63,844 nucleotides of DNA, filler included, from Rhabdomonas costata (GCA_019059605.1; 50 parts of 50 records of this genome joined end to end with filler, not necessarily neighbours in it), one strand, 5' to 3'; shown: positions 1 to 13,115, counted from the first letter of the whole stretch. A program made the numbers and translations. Notes: a model not told the origin generated them from the letters alone.

Positions 1-40
1 GGGTTTGGGGGGCAGGAAGGGCGGCGGTGGCGGCACATAC

Positions 41-822
41 TTGCTGTCGGAGCTGAAGGAGATGGCCTGCACCTTGCGGGTGATCAGATTCAGTGGGAAG
101 TTCTTGAAAACGGCAAAGCTGGGGATCTGGGCCTGAGCAACAACCACACAGAGTCGGGTTTTGAACGGAGCCAGGAGCCAGTTAAAAAATGATTCAGACA
201 GATTTCTGGTTTTTGAGGCTTGCGACGATGCAGCACGAAAGCAGCATAATACAAGAAGACCGATAACAGCCAAAAGCAATAGTTCACGAATACTAATCAT
301 AGGCTGAAGTGGTTATGACGGGTCTTTGAACACATGCACCACTACCCCCCCCCCCCCTGCGAGACCAAATCAACTCTCACCTAACCAAAACCAAAAATGC
401 GGTTGAACAAAAAAAGCAGGATACAGATGGCGAGCGGGACCTGCTGAACGCGATGGATCCGCCAAAACGAATAGCTCAGAGGCCAAGTCGCTGTTTAACC
501 CTCTTATGGAAAAACCAAGCGGTAATCACTTCCTGTTTCACCCAAGTTAAGAAATTCACTCCACGGGATCGTCCCCTGGAGTGAATTGTGCCAGCGAAGA
601 ATTAAAAAAGTGCGATCGGGATGCTATTTGCTGCGATTGGAGATCGGAAACCCACCACTTCAACGCAAGGCACACGCAGGAGGGATGACTTGCACGCACG
701 GATGCGTGCACCACACAGACCAGCCGAAGGTGGGAGACCAGCTGCGAGGAACTCATCGCCAGCACCTGCCCGTCATGGTTGAAGCACAGCTGCTCCACTG
801 CCGTTGTGAGGTTGGAAATCGA
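41..822 (-). CDS. UTP18: U3 snoRNA-associated protein 18 (WD40), two exons near the C-terminus (822-721, 132-41)
   Basis: GT-AG spliced, phase-consistent translation SISNLTTAVEQLCFNHDGQVLAMSSSQLVSHLRL|AQIPSFAVFKNFPLNLITRKVQAISFSSDSK. It matches the recalled Utp18 pattern NL.T...L.F..D.Q.L..aS......LRLVH.PS..VF.NFP. Confidence 0.85.
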
Positions 823-1179
823 CTGTGTGGAATACGCCGGGATAAACCAGTGGGTGCAAGTGCCTTTGCCGGGTTTTCCCGCACGCGGCGCATTCTCTCA
901 GTTACACCGCAAATGTCGCACCCCTGACACGAGGTTCAATGTGCCTGTGTGCCTGTGCTTGGGAACACGCGTGAGGACTGCACAAGAGAGGGATGATTAT
1001 AGAGGCAAAGTGCAGCACAGCAGAGTGTTGGAAAACCGCACTCAAACTCAGACCGCTGGCCAGACCCTCGAAGACACAAACGCCCTTGCTTATGCTTGCG
1101 CCCGGAGCGACCGAAACATACCACGACTGAAAAAGAAGAAAACGATCAGTCCAGAACTTTGCGTGAGAAAACACACCAC

Positions 1180-1279
1180 NNNNNNNNNNNNNNNNNNNNN
1201 NNNNNNNNNNNNNNNNNNNNNNNTTAATTAATTAANNNNNNNNNNNNNNNNNNNNNNNNNNNNNNNNNNNNNNNNNNNN
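1180..1279. other. Artificial contig-joining spacer (first of 49 identical spacers, one about every 1.28 kb)
   Basis: 44 N + TTAATTAATTAA (stops in all six frames) + 44 N, repeated throughout. The flanking contigs are nearly the same length, as expected for a length-sorted assembly. Confidence 0.99.
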
Positions 1280-2607
1280 TGTGGGGTGCTTTTCCATGTA
1301 ATAAATATGTCCAACGCTGACGCTGAGTTCTCTTTATTTGTGTTACTTTTTTCAGTTAGTCACAGCTACCCAATGTGGCACTTTTGCTGCGTGTTAATGA
1401 GTTCAGCTCGGAACGAAATTGAACGAGACATCGAGCGGGAATCTGGGCACCTTCTTCTTGCTGTTCACTTTCAAAATTCCCACAAGTCCTTCTCTGTTGC
1501 GTCTCTCTCCATGCTTGCCATGAATTAGTGTCTCCCTTGAGGCTGTCAACGATTCGGCAACGACATTTTACACCGAATTTAGCTGCAGTTCTTTCTAAGG
1601 GATGCGCACCTCTTCCGGTGTCCGGTCCCCTTTTCCTCTGTTTCAAAGCCATGTTTTCCGGCGTCCGAGACGATCACACAAATAGAACGGTTACGCAGTC
1701 GCGCTGTACAGTGTCAACTTGGCCACGGAGAAAGAGTTTCGCGCAGGCGCATTGCTTGAGAGGGGGGAGGGCGTTTGCCACACAGCCGACAAAACATGAC
1801 AGGAGTGAAAGTTTGCAAGTGGATGGGGTGCAGTTTTTTGCTTGAAAAGCACCAGTGCTTCATAGTATTTACCACATTGCTGGCAGTGGTTGCAATCGAA
1901 GGAAAAGGGTTGCTGTTTTGCTGTGGGGTTGGTAATCCACTCCTGCCTAAAGCAAACGTGGTGTGGACAAAATCGACCCGGGGAAACGTTTTGGCTTGAA
2001 TAACATCCGTTTTGCATTCTCGACCGGTTGATTTTTTTCGTCGCGACCATTCCGCAAAGTCAAAACGTTAAGCAGTGCGAAACATTAACGCCCCTCCCCC
2101 CAATACAATTGTCCCTGCTTTTGCTTTTGTTTTCTGACATTCCCGCATCCAAAAGCTCTCCCAACAGCATGCGATTTGGCAGTCCTGCGCACCGCGGCGG
2201 TGATTTTGACTGCAATATGCGGCAGCATTTTATCTTTTTCGAGCTGCATTTCTCGTTTGAGCTGTTAAAATTGTGGTCATTTGCTTGAGACCTGCTAAAG
2301 AATCCGGCAGATCCTTCCATAAGACATGGGGTGGAATGCTCCACCCACTCACCCTTTGCTGCTGACTGCTGGGCCAGACAAAGGGCTTTGAGAACACTGG
2401 ATCTGCCGGATTCTTTAGCAGGTCTCAAGCAAATGACCACAATTTTAACACCACAAACNNNNNNNNNNNNNNNNNNNNNNNNNNNNNNNNNNNNNNNNNN
2501 NNTTAATTAATTAANNNNNNNNNNNNNNNNNNNNNNNNNNNNNNNNNNNNNNNNNNNNGGTTTGGGGTAGGTCGCGAGTTGGTCGAAGAAGGTCGGGGGA
2601 AACGGAC

Positions 2608-2695
2608 CTCGAAGGAGACTGGCCTCTGCCGTGGTCCCCAGCAGTAGCGCAGCGACTAGCCCAAGGCTTCCCATGAGCAATCCTCGGAACCTCAT
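2608..2695 (-). CDS. Putative first exon encoding a signal peptide, unknown secreted protein
   Basis: MRFRGLLMGSLGLVAALLLGTTAEASLLR has a basic n-region, hydrophobic core and A-x-A site, followed by a GTCCGT donor. A CAG lies 8 nt upstream of the ATG. Confidence 0.45.
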
Positions 2696-3829
2696 TTTAC
2701 TTGCTGTGGAGACTGTGCTTGGGGCTTGAGAAAAGACGTGCAAACCGAAGAGCAAAGAGAGCGGGTGAGGGGGGGCGAACACGTGTGCTGGATGCTTTTC
2801 GAAACAAAAGGAGTTTCGTCTGGGGAATCATGAACGCCAGAAGGCGTCATTTTTGTTCGGTTTTCGACCCAGGCGGATTTTTGCGATGAGCCTGAAAAGT
2901 CTGATTCACTTTTGCAGCGGCGATAAAGTTTGTGGTGAAGTCTGAAAAACACAGGTAAACAAGAAAATAACGGTGAATACTGTTTTTTCTGGCGGAAGTG
3001 TTTTTCGACGTCTGGGATCCCGAAGTCTTTTTTTTTTTGCACGTTTTGGCTCCCTCCACAGTCTACGCCAGAAAAGCTGAGGGAACAGTTCTGCCTCCCT
3101 TTCCGGTTCTCTTTCGCTTTCGTCTGCTGGTTGCCGTTTGCGCATTTATGGGGCTAGTTGGTTTCATGCCGAATGGGTTCATGTCGAATGGTGGTGTGCA
3201 GGTCGGCAATACTGGTACGGGCCCACCAACCAACCAACAGAGCGTCCGCCGCGCAGGTCCCCGTTTTCTGCAGTGCTTGTTGGTTGCGGAAAACCTGCGC
3301 CGGAACTGCCTCGATGAATGGAGGCCCGTTCCATGATTTGGCACCCCCCATTTCCCCGCAGTTCAAAGCCACACCCTTAATTCATTGATGAAGATACCAA
3401 GGTATCCGCGTGCAGACCACTTGCGCGGCCACTTGACAACACAAGCATTTTTATCACGGCGAGGTGGCATGTGCGTTCTGATGCAAGTTGCCGTCTTGCG
3501 CGCGGTCTTTGGAGGGTCCGCTGCGCCGGACGAACCGTTGCTGACCGTTGCGAAGCGTTGCTGACCTGCCCCGGAACCGTTTAGGCCCGCCCTCGTATAA
3601 TTTGGCACCCCCACAACAAAATGCAGAAGAAACAACCATAACCTTGCGTCGGCGCTGCGGCTATAAAAGCGTGAAGGCTGCTGTCCAGTCCGTGGCTTTA
3701 CTGCCAACAAGCGCCTGAACCACCCAACCNNNNNNNNNNNNNNNNNNNNNNNNNNNNNNNNNNNNNNNNNNNNTTAATTAATTAANNNNNNNNNNNNNNN
3801 NNNNNNNNNNNNNNNNNNNNNNNNNNNNN

Positions 3830-4480
3830 TATCAAGTGCATATATGGGTGGTATCAGGACGTCTTGGGTGCATCTCAGAATTCACGTGATGGGGTATTTT
3901 TGGCCTTGGGGGTTTAGAATTGGAGGTTGAGACAGAGATGCAGGTATTCGGTAGTCATGTCGGTCTTTGGTGCATCTTGGTCTTTGGGTGCTGAGTTCGA
4001 GGGTGAGGGTTGAAATTTCGATGGAAGGGTTTATGATTTTTGGTTTTCGTGGGTTCTTGCATTTCGGGCTCTGAGTTCTGAGTTCGGAGGTCTTCGGTAT
4101 TTGGGTGTTGAGGTATTTGAGTGAGTTGGGGTTCATGCAGTGCGTATTCGGGGTTGGTATTCGGCTTTCTGGGTTCTGTCTTCTGGGTTGAGTTCTGGGT
4201 TCGAGTTCTGGGTTTCGTCTTCGGTGTTGGTGTGGGTATTCGGTATGCGTGTATTCGTAGCTGTATTCGGGGTTCGGAGTTCGGGTGTTGGATTTCGAGG
4301 GGTTGGGTTTTTGCATTCGAGGGTTGGATTTCTGGGTTTCGTCTTCTGAGTTCATGCATTGGGTATTGGTATTCGTGTCCCCGAGTTGAGGATGTTAGGG
4401 AGTCAGAGTTGGGTGTTGGATTCGGCCTTCTGTATCGCCTTCTGTATCGGGTTCACTCTTCGGAGTTCTTCGCCTTCTGT
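3830..4480. repeat. Degenerate G/T-skewed minisatellite-like region
   Basis: Recurring GGGTATTCGG/GGGTTCTG/GAGTTCG-type motifs with strong G+T strand bias. The overlapping ORFs are low-complexity. Confidence 0.6.
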
Positions 4481-4760
4481 CTTCGGGTACGGTGTCGCCG
4501 AAGTCCCTCGGGATCTCACAGAGAACAACAAGGCTGCGTACGGCTATGCCACTACTGTCCCACTCGCTTCTTCCGTGCTCCACAACATATCGACGATAGT
4601 TCCCAGTGTCCTGAGTAGTAAGGATTGGTCACCCTGAAGTTCAACGCCTGGGTTGGCATCGTTTCACTGATCAAGCTAACACGAAACACGTGATGACGCA
4701 GGTACGACGGGGAGCCTATGCAGCGTAGCGCGTAACTCAACACCTGAGGTTGTACGTTAG
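4480..4760 (-). mobile_element. Possible heavily decayed Ty3/Gypsy integrase C-terminal remnant
   Basis: LSYALRCIGSPSYLRHHVFRVSLI resembles the Y.L.LP...R.HpVFHVSLL motif downstream of Gypsy integrase. The flanking sequence has stops and frameshifts. Confidence 0.3.
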
Positions 4761-5311
4761 TAGAGGGTAGAGGCGAGTCAAGTCATCACCCCACAAGTTG
4801 GACACGGTGATATGACCTCTGCTAGTGGACATGAACCCACGTCAAGCATGTGGCAGTAGTGCTGGGTAGGCGACCCAAGATCGACCTGTGTATGGCCTGC
4901 GAAACCATGCATAGGGGACAATAAACCCACTCAACCCACACGAGGGAAGTGATTGAGGTTACTGGTTAACGGTAGCGTATCAGCAGCAATGCCTACACTA
5001 CCCACACCCNNNNNNNNNNNNNNNNNNNNNNNNNNNNNNNNNNNNNNNNNNNNTTAATTAATTAANNNNNNNNNNNNNNNNNNNNNNNNNNNNNNNNNNN
5101 NNNNNNNNNTGTTGGTTGGTACACGATTAGTGTGTCAACTGTGTCACCAATGTCGACCTTCGCAATTGCTGGTCTTCCTTGACGCAGGCTGTAAGGGCAT
5201 GATGAGCAGTGCCTCAAGTGCAGGAGGGAAGCATTTGAGCTTTCTTCCTGTTATCACGGCAATCGCTTTCTTTTAGGAAGGAAGGAATTGTTTGCTTCTT
5301 TACTTTTACAG

Positions 5312-5410
5312 GCGTTTTGTGCCTGGTGGATGTGCTGATGGAGTGTCCGAAGCTCAGCAAGTTGGACCTCAGTGGGCAGAAGCTGGACAACGGAGCTATC
5401 GAAGAGCTCG
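5312..5410 (+). CDS. Leucine-rich-repeat (RNI-like) protein, internal exon
   Basis: tttacAG|...|GTatcg, 99 bp, phase 1-1. VLCLVDVLMECPKLSKLDLSGQKLDNGAIEEL fits LxxLxLxxxxL. Confidence 0.75.
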
Positions 5411-6409
5411 GTATCGTACCCCTCCATGCCCACCTTCTAGTTTGTTAACCTTACTAGCTCTGAAGAGTATTGTCGTTTCCTTTTTCTAAAGAACGTTGCA
5501 CCATAAACTTTCGGTTTTATGGTCACCAGTAAGAAAAACTACGGTATGGGAGTCCACACACACCACACGACCGTGATGTGCGATACATTAGAATAGTAGT
5601 ATGTATAGTATTATAGTAACAAGAAACAAACGGGTCCTTACTTCGACAGTGGGATGAACGAAAATGGCAAGTCGCATCGCGGGACCATAAGACGATGGGA
5701 ATTTTATAGGGTCTGAGAAAATCAAGTTGTTTAATGGGTCACTTACGTTTCTGGGTGTAACTGTCCTCAGAAATCTTTTTCTTCGTCACCTGCAACCTTG
5801 CATTCCATTTTGAATCCTATATGTCTTAAATCCTCTGGTTTCGTTCGGAAACTTCCGTTTCCCCGGCTGGGCAAGAGAAAGAACCGCAAAAATTTTTGTT
5901 CTTGCATGACCACACGGGGGGGGGGGCGTGGTCATGTACAGCGCGGAGCCGTGGCAGAAGTTCTGCAGTATCAGAGCAGTGGCAAAAAGGCAGGAAAGAA
6001 ATGAAAGAAGAAAGAAGTCAGTGTTTACACCAACAAGGATATATGCGGGAAACGTCAGATTTAGTGGCTCAAGCCGGCTCCCTCTACGTTTGCATATGCT
6101 CTCGGTCGTCCTTTGAAGCTATGGTTGGCGATTCCTTTGAAGAACAATCTCCCGGACCCGCCAAAGCGACGAGGTGACACCTATAGCACGTTGAAGCGTT
6201 TAACAACCCACCACCACCACCAGCGCCGCCGCCGCCACCACCGCCGCCAAATCGAAACAAGTGAACAATTGCCCTGACCCACACCCACNNNNNNNNNNNN
6301 NNNNNNNNNNNNNNNNNNNNNNNNNNNNNNNNTTAATTAATTAANNNNNNNNNNNNNNNNNNNNNNNNNNNNNNNNNNNNNNNNNNNNTTCGGGTGCGCT
6401 CCGCTGGGC

Positions 6410-6497
6410 TTTGGTTTGGTTTGGTTTGGTTTGGTTTGGTTTGGTTTGGTTTGGTTTGGTTTGATTGTTTTGTTTTGTTTTGTTTTGTTTTGGTTTT
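6410..6497. repeat. (TTTGG)n followed by (TTTTG)n microsatellite
   Basis: Pentanucleotide arrays visible directly. Confidence 0.95.
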
Positions 6498-7689
6498 TCG
6501 CCTACGGTGGTGCCAGTGGTTGCTTAGTTTCTGCTACTCGCAGGCATTTCCTCTTCCCGCTCATTCTGACTTGACTTAATCGCGGCTTTTCTCTGTTCTC
6601 GCCTCTTGCTGCAACCAGCGAAATGTGTGATAGAATGTAGAATGCGGAATGCGATGGGCAGTTCTTGGTCCGAAAAGGGATGGGGATGGGGTTTCTCTTG
6701 GCTGAGGGAAGAGTTTGGCTGCATCCGTCTACAGGCGAAGCTCCAGCCCTTTGTGGTACTGATGCAGTGTGCGCTTAATGAGGAGGCCGGGGCAGTGAGT
6801 GAGCTGGACGAAAAGGTATGGTGATCCTGTCAGCAGCTTCGTTGAGCTCCTTCCCTCTCTCCCGTTGCGACCTTTCTCTGACGACGGGGAAAGCACGAGA
6901 ATTTCGGTTGAGTCTAGGAAAAAATTCGGGAGGCCATGTATTGAGAATTAGAGTCTCCTTCGGTATAGTTGACGTGCAACGCAAAGTATTCGAAAAAAAT
7001 GATAGGTGCCGACAAGAGTCAGATTCAATGTTTTTTCTGCAGCGTTGGGATAGGGTATGTTGACTGTGAAAATGGTGAAGCCTGCTGCCCTCCTCGCAGT
7101 GTTCATCGCTATCCCTTGTGCTACAGCTGAGCTTATTCAGTAGCCCGCTCTCTCCGGCAAGGGCAAGCGTTCAGCTTCTGGTCGAGCTGTTCCACCTCGG
7201 TCCGTGTCCCGCGTGCTCCTGTACACCCGATTTTTTATTGTGTTGTGTTTTCGAATCTCTTGGGGAGTAACATGTACAGTGACTTTGATCGTGCCCATAC
7301 CTGCGCGCGCGCACACACACGTATTCAAACAACGGAGAATGGGTGAACACAAGCACACAGCCACACAACCACACAACCGCGACCGTCGGGTGGCGTTATG
7401 GACAGGGATGGGCTGAGGAAGTGGGCCTGGACTTCAACTTCTAAATTTAATTGTGCTCTGAGGTCCATTATTTGGCCCCGTATCTTGTTTTGTCCCCGTT
7501 TGTGTTTGGCGGTTATTTTTCGTGATAGGCTGTCATGGTGAGCACATCCAGTGCCCCCATATGCTGATGNNNNNNNNNNNNNNNNNNNNNNNNNNNNNNN
7601 NNNNNNNNNNNNNTTAATTAATTAANNNNNNNNNNNNNNNNNNNNNNNNNNNNNNNNNNNNNNNNNNNNTAACCGACGAATTCGATTTA

Positions 7690-8760
7690 CCGCTGTGCTA
7701 ATTAGCACTTAAAAAGATCGCCGTATGTGGTTCATGTGCTCCTCGTAGGTTTCCTATAAACGACAATGTCATTGACGTAGATATCGGTGAAGTACGTCAT
7801 GTAGGCAAAGGCGAATCCATCGCACCACGTTCCATTCGAACGAGCCGAACGTCGTCATGAAGGATGTCTTGTGCTCGTCTCCTGCGCGGATTCAAGTTTG
7901 GTGAAAACTACTCAACAAGTCCATCTTCGTGAAGTAGCGAGATTTCGCTAAAATTTCAGCATTTTATCGATTCTCGGCAGTGGGTACTTGTCCTTGACCG
8001 TGATTTGATTCATGGCACGGTAATCAATGACAATTAGACGGTTCATTTCTGTGGTCTGTCAATCTGGACGTGGGAATTCCGGCTGGAAGCTTGTCTGGGA
8101 AGACGTCTCTGAACCTTGACCAGTCAAGTGATCTCCTCAGGTACAGTTGCGGTGGCGACAGGCGGCCAGCACCTGCCGTGATTGACCTGGAGAGTGTTCA
8201 GCTCAGCCTGATCAGGATCTTTTCCGCCACTTCCGGCAGTCTGCCGAAACTGCTGGCCGACTTTTTTACTTGGTTTGTCACATCCAGCTGAAGGAGTGGA
8301 ACAGCGCGAGTTGACTGATTTGGCTCCGGGTCAACAGGCGCTAATGGTTCGGTGGAGTTTTCCAGTGGCGCCGAGATGTCGATGGCTCGAAAGTGTTCTC
8401 AAAAAACTCGAATGAAAGGCACCTGTATGTGGGATGAGTGCGCTTGTACATGGTAAGTCCGACCCTGGTGGTGGAGAGTGATATGACTGGTTGCCCAGTC
8501 GGATTGGACTCTGACGTACCGGAGGAACGGGTATCCTAGAATCATCGGGTTTGGTGATGTGATTACATTGAAAGCTAGTCGAAGTATACGGTCACCGATT
8601 TGCAATTCATGACGAAAAAATGTGTCAAGTGGGACGCTGGTTTCGTCCACATGGGTCATTGGGATATTTCGGGGCACCTTGGATTGTGTCAAATCGAGCA
8701 TCTGCTACGGTCGAAGATATAAAATTGCCACTGCACCCAGAGCAGGGAGCTGACGTTTTG
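7690..8760 (-). mobile_element. Degenerate Ty3/Gypsy LTR retrotransposon pol (protease-RT), pseudogenised
   Basis: ILGYPFL...DW (protease C-terminal part), FRDVFPDKLPAGIP, IVIDYRAMNQITVKDKYPLPRID, YFTKMDLLSSFHQ, DEHKTSFMTTFGSFEW, and IYVNDIVVY (YxDD changed to YVND, ~7756-7794). Frameshifts, stops and internal deletions are present. Confidence 0.92.
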
Positions 8761-11700
8761 CCCGAAAATTTGAAACGGAGCGCACAGAAGTCGCTCATGC
8801 TCCATGTGGATTGGTTCGGTTTGACACAATCCAAGGTGCCCCCACAACNNNNNNNNNNNNNNNNNNNNNNNNNNNNNNNNNNNNNNNNNNNNTTAATTAA
8901 TTAANNNNNNNNNNNNNNNNNNNNNNNNNNNNNNNNNNNNNNNNNNNNGGGGGTTTGGGGAGGTCTTTTGTATATACAGCAGGCCTCCCGAAACGCTGCG
9001 TGGCCGGTCCTTGGGGTCAGGAGATATCAGGAAATATCAGCAAATGAACAGGTTTAAGTAAATGAGTTCTTTGACTTTCTTCTTCTTTGACTTCTTGAAA
9101 GTTTCAGCCCTCTTGCATCGGGGATTTGTGCGCGCATGCAGACATTGTTTGATAGGCACAGAAAAGTGGCACGAACGGTCTGCTAGGATGGCTGCTTTCA
9201 CCTCGGCCTTGTCTGCTGGGCCACATCCCTGCCACAGGCCAGCGACAAGCAACTGCTCCGCCCTAAAAAAAAAGAGATACACTAACAAAACGGGAGAGCA
9301 AACAATTTACCGTTCGTTTCGCATTAAATTTGCATCTAGCATGCATATTTTTTGAGGGCCTTTTTGATGCATCACAACGCGAGAACTCAACTGGGGTATC
9401 CTTCGGCTTTTTCTTTCCGTTTCTTTCGTTGCATTTATTTATAATCGCTTGTGACCACAATACGCAACACATGACTCTTATTATAGAGAGTTGCATTCCA
9501 CATCGCAGCGAAATAAAAAAATGTGGGGTTTTCGGCGCGTAGAAACTGAAAACAAGGCGCCTCTTGGCATCGGGAGACCATCTTCCTGCAGAAGACGATG
9601 GCAATAAAACTGGGACCCAAGATAACATACTTTCCATTGAGTATTGGGGTGTACCCCGTATGGGCAAACGTCGAACTCGAGTTGGATGGATATGACGGAT
9701 ACGCTTTGGCTACTCCATAAAATAAGGATTATGGGGAACCCCAACCACGTGGAGGTCAGTCCCTGGCTGCACACAAAAAGAGAAGAAAACGGCCGCAGCG
9801 TGAACAAATCGATACTGCTGCGCGGCCGAGAGGGAGGACTGCCGAATGACTTGGCCCCGAGGCGGGGCCCCGGCCGAAGATGAGGCTCCAGCGCCCATTT
9901 GTGGCTGGAACTCACCTCACACGGGGGCTATCTCACCGCGGAGAAAGATTTGGAAACACACACACAGCAGTGACACACAAATTACACACAAAGGCCAACG
10001 AGCACAAGGTAGATCTCGGATCAAGAGAGGCAGGAAGAATACGGAATCAGAGGGTCGGTAAACCCATTTACAGACAGTAAAACTGTCGATGCCAGAAATA
10101 ACTCGCATACCTTCCTTCCACCAACACNNNNNNNNNNNNNNNNNNNNNNNNNNNNNNNNNNNNNNNNNNNNTTAATTAATTAANNNNNNNNNNNNNNNNN
10201 NNNNNNNNNNNNNNNNNNNNNNNNNNNTGACAGCAGGGAAGGCTTGGGGGCGTTAGGTGCATAGCGCGCAACCTGCTTGACTGCTGGTGACCGCTGTGGA
10301 CTCATGGGTGCTCGAGACAGGTACCTTCAGCGAATGGTGCCGTGGGGTACCTCTCATCGCCGAACGTTCCGCGTATGGTAACCTCTATCTGCCTCACGGG
10401 ACTCGGGCCTTTGCTGCGCAGCTATTTTCCACCGTCTACCTGCGCTGCTCCGTCGCTGATCGGGTTTCTGAGGCTCCGCCCCCTTTTTGGGGGAGCTAGG
10501 GCCTTGCCTCGTTGTAACATACCTTACGTTGTGTGAACGGGCAGTAACGGCATCTGCAGGCGTTACTGCCCGTTCACATCGTGCCGTGCATGCACATCAC
10601 TCTTGCGTTGCTGTCTCTTGCTGGATGTGTGCGTATTGGGGGGGGGGGCTTGCCTTCTGAGAGGCACAATGCCCGTGCAGCTGCGGGAGTGCACGATGGT
10701 GCGCTGCCTGAGATGGCGCGGGGGTGGCCCAGACGGCTTGTCCTTAGGCTTCTCCATGACAGAGGGGCTCTCAATGCGCCGCGAGCCGAGGGGGTACCGG
10801 AAGAGGTTCACTCCTGCAAAGCGGAGTTGGAGGGCTACACCTTCGAACATCTTCAGCCATTAGGTGAAGCAGATCACATCATTATCATCATCATACGCCC
10901 AAGTCTAAAAAACAAAGAGGCTTCAAGCCGAACTGCACGGTTGCGTTCCACATCCAGCCGTTTATGGAGGGGAGGGTAACACCAAGGGAGCGGGGGACGT
11001 TAAGAGGAAGATAATATCAGCACGTGGTCAAACGAGGCGACAGGGTAACAACGATGAAAAGAAGGAAGAAGGACGAAGGCCTCATTCCACAACAGCGGGT
11101 AGTGACAGGCGTTAGTGTCACCTTTAGCGCGGCGGCGGCAGCAGCCATTAAGTTGCATTCACGCACCAATGACGAAAGACAATGAACTAAACCCAAACCA
11201 AATCCAACAATAACTAAACAACAGAAACTGGTACCAATGCCATAGAAAGGACCACCTCCAGCGCATCAACATCCTCGAGAACAATGCACAACCACCCATT
11301 TCCAGACAACAGAGAGAGAAAAGAGAATGGGAGAGAATGAGAGCGCAAGGTTCCTGCCCAGTACATATATAAACGCACATGCGAACCCTCGTGTTCCACC
11401 CCCACNNNNNNNNNNNNNNNNNNNNNNNNNNNNNNNNNNNNNNNNNNNNTTAATTAATTAANNNNNNNNNNNNNNNNNNNNNNNNNNNNNNNNNNNNNNN
11501 NNNNNCTCGGTAAGTAGCTTTGCTTGTTCGACTTAGCTCTTCCACGGCTATGTCGGTCCAAGATGGCCAGCCCAAGCTAGCTAGAGGGCTTGATTCAGCG
11601 TCTTTGTCTTGTTTTGTGCGACGAGAAAACCAAGATGCGCATCCAGACATTTAATGAAGGCAATAATGAGTGCCTTTTAATCGACTGCTTTGAGGTGTTG

Positions 11701-13115
11701 TCGGCAAGTTTGAAAATGGGTGAAATTGTGAGAAAAAGTGATTTAAACTTCATTTTGACATCTTAAGTTGATTAAGTTCCAAAAGTAGTCTGGTCTCGAT
11801 ATCGGCTCCCGCAGCATTTGCACATTTGATCACTTTGTGATTGGGACTTCGTCGAAATAGCCATATGCGCATACCACCATAGAATGTCTGGCGTACAGGA
11901 ATGCAACATGATCAGGAATCTGCTTGGTTCGTTTGATCTTCTCGACTTAATGCTACCACTGGAGGAGTCCTGCCCAATTGCCATCCAACTAGGGAAAGTG
12001 TGGGTCCTTTTATGCGTAAATTCCAGCTGTCGGTGGATGGGTGCCATCGGCTGATCTGTCACTTGTCAGCTGCTGTTCAACTGTTCTATTCTCCGAAATT
12101 TATTTAGCAAATCCGAGGAGTACTGATTGAAATTCACAATTTTGGGCATTTTTCGTCTCCAAAGCATTGGTTGTGTGGGGATATTAGTCTCGGAGGAGAG
12201 TCTTCATGTCCTCAAGAGACGTGTTCTTGAAGATGATTAGATAAAACGACGAAAACGTAGCGAACAATGATAGACATACTGACAACTGTGCCAACTGTGC
12301 CATAATTCAACTGTTTTTGCTATGTACCTATGGATCGCTGAGAAACAAAGCAAGCGAACGAGATGGTGGCGAACAAGTGGATAGGTAACAACCACCTCGT
12401 GCGCTGGTGTATGTTTTAATTCGGCGGGTGGAGGTATTTTTCCGTCATATGTAGGTGCGTCCGCGCGCGCCTGGGCCTATTCTGTTCAGTCAAGCGCGCG
12501 CACTCACTCAAAAATTTATGGGAGGTTGGTGTGGGTGCTATGGATCATTCCAATTGTGGTGATGTCGTCGGATGTTTTCGAACTCCTCGTGGAGTAATTA
12601 TGAATCTGCTTCGGCATTTCTATCAACAATCACTGGACTGACAGTGGCATTGCCACATTGGAATGATCCATAACACCCACCCACNNNNNNNNNNNNNNNN
12701 NNNNNNNNNNNNNNNNNNNNNNNNNNNNTTAATTAATTAANNNNNNNNNNNNNNNNNNNNNNNNNNNNNNNNNNNNNNNNNNNNTTTGTGTGTTGTGTGG
12801 AGGGAGGTCACAAGCACTTTGCATTTTCACAAGCAAGTGGTTGAGTGCAGCAGTGGAAGACTGCAGGATCGGCACCCGGCACAAACAGAGGAGAAAACAT
12901 GAGAGGGGCTTCGGCCAAAGAAAAGAGAATTTCCTTCTTGGCGAAGATGTGAAAGTGGGCCGTGTATAGGAGGAAACATGGCCAACCCATAATCTAAATT
13001 TCGGACAGCAAAGCACACGCGAATGGAAACCAAGTGCTACTGGGAGAGGGGGGGGTGGTGTTCCCGCTGCGCTCGAAGGCAACGAAAGAAGCACAGCTCG
13101 CCATCGCACGCATAC

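Noticed and set aside
2263..2450. Long inverted repeats, also at ~8671/8842, 12531/12680, 15131/15235, 26885/26990, 38194/38270, 38385/38497, 51171/51228, 56101/56173, 59838/60003 and 61121/61281, resembling MITEs or miRNA hairpins
   Set aside because: In every case one arm touches a contig end next to the primer-like tract, and the arms are unrelated between contigs. This fits fold-back chimeras from amplification.
3661..3670. TATAAAA box-like motif
   Set aside because: No downstream gene is visible within the contig, and a 7-mer is expected by chance.
7072..7143. Signal-peptide-like mini ORF MVKPAALLAVFIAIPCATAELIQ*
   Set aside because: Too short, with a weak donor and no downstream exon identified.
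11772..12062. ORF with CKCC resembling a LINE zinc knuckle
   Set aside because: No following H/C ligands or RT motifs recognised.
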